Shown here: one piece after another, positions 39,879 through 51,399 of the stretch | Numbering within the stretch: the stretch's first letter is position 1 | Layout: every line of letters begins with the position of its first letter | Assembly: GCF_000143415.4 (NCBI RefSeq) | Contig: NW_003314272.1 | Coordinates: forward strand, 592,184-656,183 | Source: Selaginella moellendorffii | Lineage: Eukaryota > Plantae > Lycopodiophyta | DNA: 64,000 nucleotides | Reading direction: 5' to 3' | The notes under the pieces: model-generated | What the model was told of the DNA's origin: nothing | Databases searched by the model: none | Seen by the model: the letters and a program-made list of their open reading frames with translations, nothing else | Made by a program: the position numbers and the translations under genes

Positions 39879-41446
39879 ATGGAGGCCTTATGGCGCTCAA
39901 GGTATGTGTTGAATTTCTTTCTCTCTAATTTTCTTTTTTCTTTTCTTTCTCTTTTGTTGTGTACAGCCAAGGAGGGAAGGCCCTACGGCGCTCAAGGTGT
40001 TGTTTCTTTCCTTTGATTTTTCTCTAATTTTGCTTTTTGTTTTTGTTTTTCAGCCGAATCGGGAAAACCTGGGGAAGCTTGCCATTGGACCTTCAGATGC
40101 ATATACTATCTTTGTTACCAGTGGAAGACAGTGTGTGGTCGCATTTGGTTTGCAAACAATGGGATTCTCTGCTAAATGATCCACATTTCAAAGCATTATG
40201 GGCCCGAAACAGCCGCTACAGAACACCTACTTTCGTATTGCTGCAGGAAGGAACTAACACAGAACTTTTAAAACAGCGAACTCGCTACTACAAATATCCT
40301 TCAGGGCCTTACAGGTTGCAAGATTTACCTCGGGGTTGGGACTCCTGGCTTACACCGGAAGGTTCAGAACTATTCTTGTCCGCAGGTGGCCTGGTCGTAT
40401 GCATCATCGAGGAGAATTGCGAGACACGTTTCTTCGTTGGGAACCCGCTAACGCAACAATGGGTGACCGTACCTGCACTTAAAACTTCAGCACAGTGTCG
40501 CCGGTCGTTCATGCTGATCCCGTACATGAGTGAAGGTTTGATGTTCTTCAGGATTGCGATTGACCCATATTTGTTCGACTCCAAAGTGGGGATTTGGACA
40601 CGTCCTCCCTATCAAACCATGTGGACGTCGTCCTCCAACACGTTGCACATACAAGGAGTGCAATACGGTCTTGGGATTTGTAAGCAGCACAGTGCAGTTG
40701 TGCTGCTGGAGATTGATGATCTGGGAGCTCTTAGCGAATCGAAGTGGCTGTGGGCCTGGGATGTGGATACAATTCCATCTTTGTCTTACAAGTACATGCT
40801 TGAAATTGGCGGTGAGATTGGGTTACTCGTTGCAACGATAGATTGGGAGGTCGTGGTTTTGGTGCTGGACAGGAAGAGTGGTAAAGAATGGAGCTGGAGG
40901 AAAGTCTCAACATTACCCAAACACTTCTACAGGCACTTGCACGACTGGGTGCCTTTGTTTGACAGCAGGACATGTTGTACACATGGCAATCTTACGTTCT
41001 TGTGCGTAGGGATGCAGGTTCTGGTATTTGATTCCCAACGCATGACATGGGAGCTGGTTGGGAAACGTTTGTTGCATACAATGGAGCTGCTTGTTTGGGT
41101 GCCCGACTTCACAGCTGTCCCAAATGCTAACACACCCAGCGAGAAGTTGAAGCAAAGTTGTGCCAGCAAATATCCGGGGGGCAGCTTTCATATTACACCT
41201 GGAACGTTCTCAGGTGAAGAGAAGAGTTCCCTGTATACATGTGTGGTTATTGATTTGTACTTGTCGAATTTTCTAGAGGTGGAGGCTCTTTCAAAGCGTG
41301 GGATGCCATGGCAACAGATTGGAGAGGTCGCGGTTGATCGGAACAAAGGTAACCGTACCATTTTATTGTGTGTGATTTCCTTGTTGACAAAGTGTTTGGG
41401 CAGCGGTATTTACGCTACATTTGATTGCTTAATTGGGGTTCTTTAA
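39879..41446 (+). CDS. F-box protein (beta-propeller/kelch-like C-terminal region); 3' end uncertain
   Basis: WGSLPLDLQMHILSLLPV...VCKQWDSLL F-box motif, GGLVVC, VGNPLTQQW. Two 5' micro-exons (39879-39901, 39967-39996) splice in frame to 40054. Confidence 0.85.
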
Positions 41447-42739
41447 ATTATTATTTGAGAAAACCGGCAGATCTTTGTACGCAACCATCATGGGTTAATA
41501 TGTTATGCTGGTTCTCCACGGGCTTGTTCCCACTGCTGCCCAGCCCATAACTGTTGCCGTTATGCATATTGCAAGGTGTCCAGCACATAGTCCTTCAAAA
41601 CAAACTGTTTGACATATTTTGGGTTTGCAGCACTTTTCTTCTTAGCCTCTATTGTGACAGCGGCTTTTAAGACTTGAAAAGAATCTGTCAAATTCTTTGC
41701 TCTATTGGATGTTGATGGTGGCCTACATGCACTGATGCTTTACCCATGTGCCCATTCTGTGAGAAGTAGTACATCCTTATTTCACAAGTTGCTCGATAGA
41801 TTGAAGTCTCTCTTAAACCCTATAGCAACCTCATCATGCCTTAAAAGATTAATGGTAGACCTTTGAAGAAGCAACTATAGAAATGGATTTTTCTGTAATG
41901 CATTCAAGATGACCACCACAATGAACAATAGACAATGAACCTTCAAAATGGGTGAAATAGGTTGTCTTTACCTTCCACAAGTTATGTGGATCTAAATGAG
42001 TTTCCATGCCCTTTTATCTTGCTTAAGGATCTTGTTGGTGAAATTCAAAGAAAACATTCTCAAGTGGAAGTTCCTTACATTTCTTATACTCAAACTCCTT
42101 GAGATCTAGATATAGTGAATGAGATTGCTGAAATGTAGCCTCCACTATTACAAAGACAGGTCTATTAGGATCACAGCTCCTGGTTTGGGAAGCTAAATCA
42201 AGAAGTTCATTTTCATCATTGGAGACAACAATGATTTGTTCTTTCATTTCCTAATTTACAATCAGCTAAGAAGCTGAAGCACCCTAATCAAAGTGCTTTA
42301 GAGATCCTATGACAAGAATTTCATAATTAGTGCATTTATTAAGATCCCCTTGAATCCCATGCTCTCCTACATCACTATCAAGGAAGATGGATTTTTCTAC
42401 TATATTACCCATATCATGACATACATTCTCAAGACAAATAGAACTTAGCTTCAATTTGAATCTTCTACAAAGGAAGCTTTCTATGTGGTGTGTGCTGGGA
42501 CTAATGGCATGGTACAGCAAGAGTTCAATTCAGCATTGTGGGTTGGTGTATGGCAAGTATTCTTGGAGAAGTGGTTATACATTGGCTTTCACAAGCCATC
42601 CTTTGAAAGAAAGCTCAACCCACGCAATAGAGACTGTCGTGACTGGTTGAGTGAGGAGTGGTTCCAAGTGCATTCCTAGCCATTACTACAATTGTTCCAC
42701 CATCTCATTTGGAGTTCTTGAAACCCTCTAGGAAAAGAT

Positions 42740-45700
42740 AATTAGTGGCTCCTAGTTAAACTTCAAGTAGAACTCTCTCATTCATTAGGTTGCTTGAACA
42801 CTTGTGAGTGGCAATAAATGGGGAGATGGAAAAGCAGTAGATAAGGAGACTGAGAAGAAGCTTAAGGTATGTTTTGATTGAAGAGTGTTTTTCTAGTGTC
42901 TTGAAGAGTGTCTAGCATCTTAATTAAGGAGCATCTTAAAGCTCATTGCAAGATTTAAGCACCTTTCTCTTGCCCTTCTTTGCCAAAGCCCTAGTTGTAA
43001 AACCCTAAAAATCAAAGACAATTTAGATATATTATCAATAGATTTTAAGTTCCTTTTTCACTCAATCAAGGAAGAATATCCTTGTTTTTCATTGTCAATT
43101 TCTTCTTAAAATTTTTCTAGCTCATGGCTTGTGGCTTGTGCTTGCAACTACTTTGCATTGGTATGATCAGTTTGGTGGCAAACTAATCTTCCTAGCACAT
43201 TAATTTTTTCTTGTTGTTCCCTTGGTGTTGGAAGATTGGTTTGGCAGCAAATTGATCTTTCTAGTGCCAAGGGAACTACTCCTCTTTTTTTTCTAGCACA
43301 TTAATTTCTGATTTTTTTATATATATTTTTCTCTTAGTTTTCTCTTGTGTTATGACTAGATCAGTTTATAGGTAAATTGATTTTTTCAACTACCTACTTT
43401 TAGCTTCTTTATTGTTTTTTTTCTTTCTCTTTTTTACTCAAAAGTTTTGACCTATAGTATACCACAACAGAAGAAGTGTGCTAGTCAGCCTCAATAGACC
43501 TAGTCTCCAGGAAAACGACTAAATCATTGTACTAGATTCCTTAGGGAGATGTAGTGCACTTGAATTTGGAGCCGAATTCCAAGCCCATTGTGCTACAAAA
43601 CAAGGATCCGGTTCAATCCCACGAGCACCAGCTCCCCATATTCAGCACTTGCACGCAAAATGGTGTCAAATGGTGTCTAGCACAATTTTGGCATATTGGT
43701 AGCCTAACGCGAGGAGGAGGGTACCCCACCAACTAGAGCAGTGTGGAGCTTGGGCTTAGACCTAAGCCAAATGCAAAACAAGGAATGACACAACCCAACG
43801 GGAGCCAAACTAATGCCTTAGGTGGTTGGATATGCATTCTAACCACTATCCCTGCTATAAATTTGGAACCCCCTATAGTGCCTCGCCCCCCGTCCCCCGT
43901 CCCCCGTCTGATAACTTAGTGAACTATCCTAAAGCTAACTCCAACTCCCTTAAGAGATTGGATGGTCAATGTTCCCAATCCAAGTGTAAGTGGCACTACA
44001 TACTTGGATACTTTGTGTAACTCATTAGAATCTCGCTCTAGCCACATGGTTAGGGCACCTTAATGGTAAAAGGTGGGGGGAGTACCCACAAGGCTTGTAT
44101 TAGGTTGCAGTGTTTTGAAATTTCGTCCCAAAATCCTAGACTATAGAAAGAGTGGTCCTTTTGTTTGTTGACCTAGACTAAATATATTTCTTTAGCTTTT
44201 GAATGGAATTACTTGAACCAATCATTTGAACATTAACTTTTATATTTGGTTAACTATATTGACTTCTGTTGACTTCCCAGCCTCGAGATATCCATCATGA
44301 GGCTGATAACACATGAACCTTTAGTTGAGAGAATCATATAAAATTTCCATCCAAATTTCAATTGGGGCAAACCAAAATTCATAGAACCTTATTCGTGTTA
44401 GAATTTAAGTTTTGAAAATTCAAATCAAAATATTAAATTTTTGCTAGAAATAGTTTTTAGACTTTTATGATTAAGGTACCCATAGCATCTCAGGCACCCC
44501 AAGCATGGGCACCCAAAAGCCCCCCACTCTCCTACACCATACACTTGTTCACTTGAGCATCTCACTAGATCACCTTGCTATCTCCTCAATCCTACTAGTC
44601 TTTGGTTGAAGAAACTATATTGTGGCTATGGTTGAGTTTTGCATTATGACTCCTACATCTTAAGGCTGCATTATGTCTGCTAATTCTTGCATGCTGTAAA
44701 CTAGAAACTGAAGCAAGCATAAAAATAGGGAAAAAAAATCTTATCTAGAAGTTCGTAAGAATGTTCTAATCCTCACTTGATTTTATAGCAGGCATAATCC
44801 TCATCTCTGGTCTGCTAATGACTAAGACCATCAAAGGCAATTTAGAAGCACAAGAATATATCAAATTAAATTAAGTTCAATAGAAAAAGCTACACACATG
44901 GGGTGGCCACTCTTTTTTAGGGTTTAAAAAGGTGTATGTCCGCTATAAGGTTTTTATTTCCAAATTAGATTTATGGTGTTAGGCACTAGCTTTGACCATG
45001 TGGTCAACATCAGTCAAAGGGAAGCTCAAGGGTATATTAAGGCATGTTAGGGTAAGGAACAAAACCTACCCTAGGGCTCACAGTAGCTTAGAGGTGGTTG
45101 GGTGGTGAGGAACCTCAAAAGGAGGCATAGCATAGTCTAGAGAGATTAGATTTTTATCTTTTCACGCCAGATCATATTAGAGGAGTTGGTTGCAATGGTT
45201 GATCAAATTGAATGTTAAAATCCTATTGTGCCAATGATGGTGTTGATGGAGCTGCAGAGGTTTGGACTATTCAAGATGTTATTCATGAGCTGTGAGCCTT
45301 TAATCGAAATCAACAAGGCATGTAAGATGAAATGTATAGCATGCTGAATACCATATATGAGCGTGTTAAGGCACTCAAGGTTAGACTTGGTGGCACTCCA
45401 AGGAAGCCTTCTTTGGTAAATCGACTCAAGATTCTAACCTTTTCTGGTGATTGTGGTATAGATGAGTGTCTTGCATGGCTAGACAATGTGAAGAAGTTCT
45501 TGGCTGCTAAAGGAACTCCGAATGTAAAGGCTTTAGTGGCTAGTCCAATGGTTTTACATAATGTGGGTCTTCGGTGGTGGAATTGATTTGAGAAGTCTTG
45601 TATTATGGATAAAAAACCACTAATGTTTACCATAGATGAGTTTGAGGCTACTTTTTATTTATGTTTTGCCCTTCACTATGATATGAAGAATGCTCGCACA

Positions 45701-47560
45701 TAACTTTGACATTTCTAGAAAGGAAAAATAACACTTAAGGACTATATTGAGAAGCTTACTCACTTGATTGATCATGTTTCAATGAAAGATCTAAATCAAA
45801 ACAAATCTATCTTCATTGATAGCCTTTATAGTGAGAGCATGTTGTAGCACTTGCATCATTCTTAGCCTACAAAGAGGTTGGAGGAGCTCTTTGATATAGC
45901 TTATTGACTTGACAATGACAAGCACAAGTCTCGCAAATGTTTGAGGAATCCTTTTATTAAGAATCATTGTGATCATTGCCATAGACACAAAGATTGAGAA
46001 TAAGCATCACAAGTTGAAGTCTATAGTGGCTACTTCGGATACAAATGGGTTAAAGAAGCAAAAGTTTTTTATGAAGAATTATAGACAAGGTTGTTATTGT
46101 TGTGGCCAGCTTGGACACTACAAAACTAATTGTCCACAGTTGAAAAACAGGCAGCAGGGCAAAAAGAATGGTCAATCTTCTACTGATGATAAGTTAAATA
46201 CTAAAAAGTTGCAAACTTTGTAGCATGAGGATGACAGGGACGACTATTCTAGTCAATGGAAGAGGCTTTCAATCATTGCTCATCAACTCAATTGTATGTG
46301 AAATAAGATAGAGCTTGAGGACACTCATGCATCAGCTTTAATGTTGGAGGGCATGTTTTGTGGTAGTTTAGTGTGGATTTTACTAGATAGTGGGAGCAAT
46401 GACAACTTTGTATTAGTAAAGTTTGTTGAAGAGCATGCGCTGATAACACGAGGAGTTCTTCTACACACAGAAGGTGCAACTACCTTTGCTCAGCATTCAA
46501 TGCTTGTGTAAAAGGGTTGGAAGTGTTGGTTGGCAAAACCACACTTGTAATGACTTTTTATCTCATAGATATTCATCGTGTGGATCTCATTCTTATAATG
46601 CCTTGGTTAGTGAAGGTGGGTCTAGAGATAAAGTGGAATATTAAACGTGTCTCATTAGAGTATGGTGGCATTAAAGGTGTGTGATTTGGAGAGGGACTTT
46701 AGCCTCTAGTTGTTATACTCTCCACTACATATTTGAAATGGGTTTATCGTAATGGAAAAACATTGTCAAGTTATTTGCTGTTTGTTCGTGACTTAGGGGA
46801 CCAAGGCACATGTGGGGGAGAAGCAATAGTATGGGTTATATTTGAAGAGTTTTCTAATGTTTTTTCATTTGAATTTCCTTATGTGTTACCTCCATTCTAA
46901 ATTGTGGAGTATAAGATTATGTTAGAGCTAGAGATGTGGCCAATTTACTGGCATTCATTTCGGTTAGATTGAGCTGATGAGTGGATATCATCAAATTGCA
47001 ATAGATAATGCATTTATCTCGAAGATAACATTTAACGTGAGCTTTGGGCATTTTGAGTTTACAATTATACCATTTGGTTTAATGAATGCAATAGCTACAT
47101 TTACTTGGTTGATGACAAAAGTATTTAAGTGTTATCTTCATGAATTTGTGGAAATTTTCTTGGACAATAGGAAATCAAATGCTCCCAATCCAAGTATGGG
47201 TGGCAATACTTACTTGGATACTTAGTATGGCTTATTAGAACCTTGATTCTTGTTTTTAGCAGAGGAGCATAAGGTGCATTTGCATAAGGTTCTTTTGTTA
47301 CTAAGTGATAGCAAACTTTATGTGAAGAAGAGCAAATTTAAATTTACAAAGTCAATGGTGGAATATTTAGGCCATTTTATGATATCTAAGGGTGTCAAGA
47401 CAGATCCAAGGAAGGTGGCTGTGGTGGAAAACTAACGTACACCAACTTTAGTGATTGAGTTATGTAATTTTGTTAGTATGACTAGTTACTACCAACATTT
47501 CTAGCAAAAGTTTGTAGAGGTGGTTATTCTTTTGACACAGTTATTGTGAAATTGCTATAT
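42740..47560 (+). mobile_element. Degenerate Ty3/gypsy LTR retrotransposon (possibly nested copies)
   Basis: gag remnant 45330-46220 with zinc knuckle CYCCGQLGHYKTNC. Protease LLDSGSNDNF ~46380. RT SGYHQI..KITF..GHFEFTIIPFGLMNA..TF..IFLD (46977-47166), then EEHKVHL..KF...VEYLGH..KGVKTDPRKV. TTGCA-TTGGTATGA LTR/PBS-like junction ~43153-43166. Many stops. Confidence 0.85.
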
Positions 47561-48039
47561 GCAATATAGGAGGCACTGACTTGCAAAAATCAAAGCTCCA
47601 ATGCTATGGATCTTTATAATGCAAGGACCTAGATCCGATCTCAAACCCTAAAAAAAGTAGCATTTTCCTTTGGATTTGCCACTCCTTTTTCCCAAAGGAA
47701 AAAGCTTTTCTTTTCAAGCAGTTGGCGTAGCGGCAGAAGAGGTAGGTCCTTGTTTGGCTTGCATTACTAGGTTCAGATCTAAAGCGGGCGGCAGTATTTT
47801 CTTGTATGAGATTTCTGGGCATATCTAGGAAAGGGCCTTTTTTTTATCATCGCATCAGTGGAGCAGAAGAGGTAGGTCCTAAGATTTCATTTCACTAACA
47901 GATCTACCACTCGATGGGATTGGCTAACCTTGGCTTGAGACCATTTGCGGCAGTATTTTGGGTAGTCGGATTTCTTGCGTATTTGATTTCATCTCCAACA
48001 GATCTGAGGATGACTACTGGCAAAGGCTTTGGTTTCAAT

Positions 48040-48170
48040 ATCCTGCCTCACTCATCAATTTCTACAGCAAATGCGGGAGCTTGGAGGAGGTGGAGGCCCT
48101 CTTGTTGCGGATGCCGTCCAACAACATGGTGAGATGGACGGCAGCAATCACGGCAGGTTTTGATTTCTGA
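48040..48170 (+). pseudogene. Isolated PLS-class PPR motif fragment
   Basis: SLINFYSKCGSLEEVEALLLRMPSNNMVRWTAAITAGF matches the PPR consensus LxxMYxKCGxxxxAxxxFxxMPxxxxVxWxAxIxG. Confidence 0.8.
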
Positions 48171-48253
48171 AATCTACGACGAGAATATTTCACACCATGG
48201 GAATATTTTCTGCGTATTCATTACTTTATCTTTAATAATAAATTTCTTAGGAA

Positions 48254-48824
48254 TAGGATTAGGTTAGTTGTGATGCCAAGTGGCGGTGGTGGTGGTGGTA
48301 GTGACAGGTCAGGCACTTATGCTGGTGTTGGTGTTAAGGATGTTAGTGGCGGGGCTGGCAGTGTGATTTTCCTGTGGGATTTGTAGATGTATGTCACAGT
48401 CAATGGGATGATTCAGGATTTTGCTTCGAGGCTGGAGTGGTTATGTGTATGTTTGTGTGGTTTTGTAAAGGTACATGTGACAAATAATGAATATGCCTTT
48501 ATGGTGTTATGTGAAGTCGTACAATATGTTTGACTTGTATAGAATGTTGTTGAAATCGGGTCAAACATACTGCATGACTTCATGTAACACCATGAAAGCA
48601 TCATGTTTGTCATATGTACCTCTACAGGATTGCACAAATATATGCATGGCTATTCCAGCCTTGAACTAAAGTCTTGTATCATCCTATTGGCTATGACAGA
48701 CATTTGTAAGTCCCGCAAGAGAATTACGCCGTCAGCCCTGCCGCTAGCATCCTCAGCACTAGTGCCTGGCTTGTTGCCATTGCTGCCGCTTTTGCCACTT
48801 GCCATTGCAACTAACCTAACCCTA
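48254..48824. repeat. ~570-bp imperfect palindrome (foldback), loop ~48538-48556
   Basis: AGGATTAGGTTAGTTGTGATGCCAAGTGG at the left pairs with CCACTTGCCATTGCAACTAACCTAACCCT at the right, and pairing continues inward to TATGTTTGACTTG / CGGGTCAAACATA. Confidence 0.9.
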
Positions 48825-48894
48825 CAATCCGTGTCTGAGAAAGTGGGGTTTGTGACTTCTCATGTGGTGCCACACCATGCTGCAGGCATTTGTG

Positions 48895-49485
48895 CAGCTC
48901 CACTTCCTGGTGGCTAAAGTGTAGGCTAGGTGGCGCTGTCGGCACTCCTTTTGGTAGTACCTTCTGTTACTATAGTTCCACTTCTTGGTGGCTAAGGCGC
49001 AGGCTAGGTGGTATTATAAGCACTTCTTTTGGGGGTATTTTTTGTTCTTATAACTCCACTTTCTGGTGGTCAAGGCGTAGGCTAGTTGGCACCACCGCCA
49101 CTCCCTTTGGTGGTACTTTTTGTTCCTATAGCTCCACTTTCTGGTGGCCAAAGTGCAAGTTAAGTGGTGCCATCGGCACTCCCTTTGGCAGTACCTCCTA
49201 TTCCTAGGAAGTGGAGTTGTAGGAACAAGAGGTACCGCCAAAGAGAGTGCTAGTGGTGCCACCTAGCCTGTGCCTTGGCCACCAGGAAGTGGAGTTGCAA
49301 ACGCAGGTCAGGTGGTGCCACCAGCACTCCCTTTGGCAATACCTTTTGTTCTTGCAACTCCACTTCCTAGTGATTAAGGTGCAAGCAAGGTGGCACCACT
49401 GGCACTCCCTTGAGTGGTACCTCCTGTTCCTGTAACTCCACTTTTTGGTAGCCCAAAGGGCAAGCCAGGTGGGGGCCACCGCCAA
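48895..49485. repeat. 78-bp tandem array (4 direct units, 1 inverted unit at ~49206-49298, then ~2 direct units)
   Basis: CTCCACTTYCTGGTGG recurs at ~48898, 48976, 49054 and 49132. Its reverse complement CCAGGAAGTGGAG is at ~49282. Confidence 0.9.
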
Positions 49486-49634
49486 TACTTTCTATTACTG
49501 GTCCCTGGTGGACCAAGTTCTTTGTAGCGGCCTTTTTCTTAATGGCCCAGGCTTGTAAGGCCTGTTTCTTCCTCCCTAGGCCATAAGCCGAAGAAACAAA
49601 GGCCAGGCCTGGGAATTTAAAGAAAGGGGGGGGG

Positions 49635-49734
49635 NNNNNNNNNNNNNNNNNNNNNNNNNNNNNNNNNNNNNNNNNNNNNNNNNNNNNNNNNNNNNNNNNN
49701 NNNNNNNNNNNNNNNNNNNNNNNNNNNNNNNNNN
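49635..49734. other. Assembly gap (100 N)
   Basis: Run of n, flanked by G-rich sequence. Confidence 1.
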
Positions 49735-49739
49735 GGTCT

Positions 49740-50083
49740 AGGCCGCAACTAGGAACTGTTCACTCTAACCGTCGTAGGGGGAGACGCGGGCAGGAGTGGG
49801 GGGGGCAGGGAGGCAGGAGTGGCGGGAGGGGGGGATGTTCGGCATTGGCAGTGGATTAGAGATATGTGTATTGGAAAACCTGCTTTATGTAGGCTCGCTC
49901 AATGGGGGGGTGGTATGATTGAGCAGTGATGTGTACAAAGAAACAAAAGCTACACTAAAGGGGTATTTAGGAAACGTGATAAAGGGGGCTGCCACATGCA
50001 CTGAGCATGGGAGGTAGAAGATCGTAACTCTATGGGACGTGATCTACACGCTTAACAATGAAGGGAAGGCTTTTTATGGCTGA
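49740..50083 (+). pseudogene. Highly divergent histone H4-like pseudogene
   Basis: Manual translation VRHWQWIRDMCIGKPALCRLAQWGG/VV*LSSDVYKETKATLKGYLGNVIKGAATCTEHGR*KIVTLWDVIYTLNNEGKAFYG* aligns to H4 [84 protein letters not shown]. Frameshift in the G-run at ~49904-49910. Confidence 0.85.
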
Positions 50084-51399
50084 GTAATTTATTGTAAGCT
50101 AGCTAATTTGTGGCCTAACAAAATATAAACCTAGCTAAGGATTCTTCAAACCAACGCATCAATTTGCATTCCAAGATCCAAGCTGGCAGGAAAGGAGATC
50201 AGCACTATGGAGAAAAGCTCCCTCTATACTTCTAGCAACACATTGGACGAGGTGGTGGAGATTGATGGCTAACTTGTAAGAGGTGATGATCTCCTTGCAT
50301 TCCCATTGGATACGATGCCATAGCAGTGAAAACCCCTCAAGGAGTTTGAAATGTTGGATTACCAAGTAAGTTGTTCATCAGTTAGCAACACTTTTATTCT
50401 AGTAACCTTCCAATCTGTCTCGCATTCCCAAAGGATTATCAAGAGGATCAACAGCAAAGTGAGCTAGCTTCTTTCTGGATTGAAACCAACTTATGGTCTT
50501 GTTTCTTGCTTCAGTTTGATGGTATACTTCTTGCTTGACGTGGTTGGATGCTTTGGCACCTTAGTTCTTATGCTATAATTCCTATTTGCTATGAAACAAA
50601 TGATTTTCCAGTTGTGCAGGTAATTTGAAAGGACTAGTAACTTCCAATTTGGGATTATAAAAGAGACAATAGGTGAGTGAAGAAATCACCCTTCCCTGAG
50701 AAGTTTAGTGTTGTGGTTCAAGAGGTAACGAGCTATGTGGTCTAGTACTAATCTCTGTGTGTTACCTTTGCCTACCCTCTCTCTTGGTTTGCCTACATAT
50801 TACGTATTGGCAGCTTAAGAAGCATCATCCAATCTCACATTATGACGATATAGAGCCATAAGTTTTTTGTTGTTTTTGCAACAAAGCTTCCTATGGGATT
50901 GCAACTGATGGCAACGCAGCCACATGAATGTAACAATAACATATCCTTTCAAGAGGAATTGCTGCATTTTTTAGCAGGCTGTTCCGACATGGTGATTATA
51001 TTGGTTAACTCAACACTGCATATATACAAGTGATAGTATGAGTTTGAAAGTTTTGCTCTCGCTTGATGCTATATCTTACTTAGTTTTAACATCTTTTTTG
51101 CTTCTAGGCAAAAGATCACTATGAATCTTTTTAAGTGACTTTACTACATACTGGTGGAGCACAAATGAAAGAAGAAAGTCAGCTACCAGCATAAAAAAAC
51201 AAGCAGTGTTAGCTACATCAATCTTGTGTTTTATATTAGGCATATAGATAGATAAACAGTAGGAGGAACTAGGGGACTCTAAAGAAGGCTTGTCTCAACA
51301 TGTACCACCAGAGTATTCCAAGAATATTCCATGGCCTGTGGGATTTAAGGCTGTGACACTTTAAGGGTTGGGAGGTTGGCCTAGAGTTCGCTCCTTTGT

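Noticed and set aside
48895-49485. CRISPR-like regular repeat
   Set aside because: The whole 78-bp unit repeats with no unique spacers, the context is eukaryotic, and there are no cas genes.
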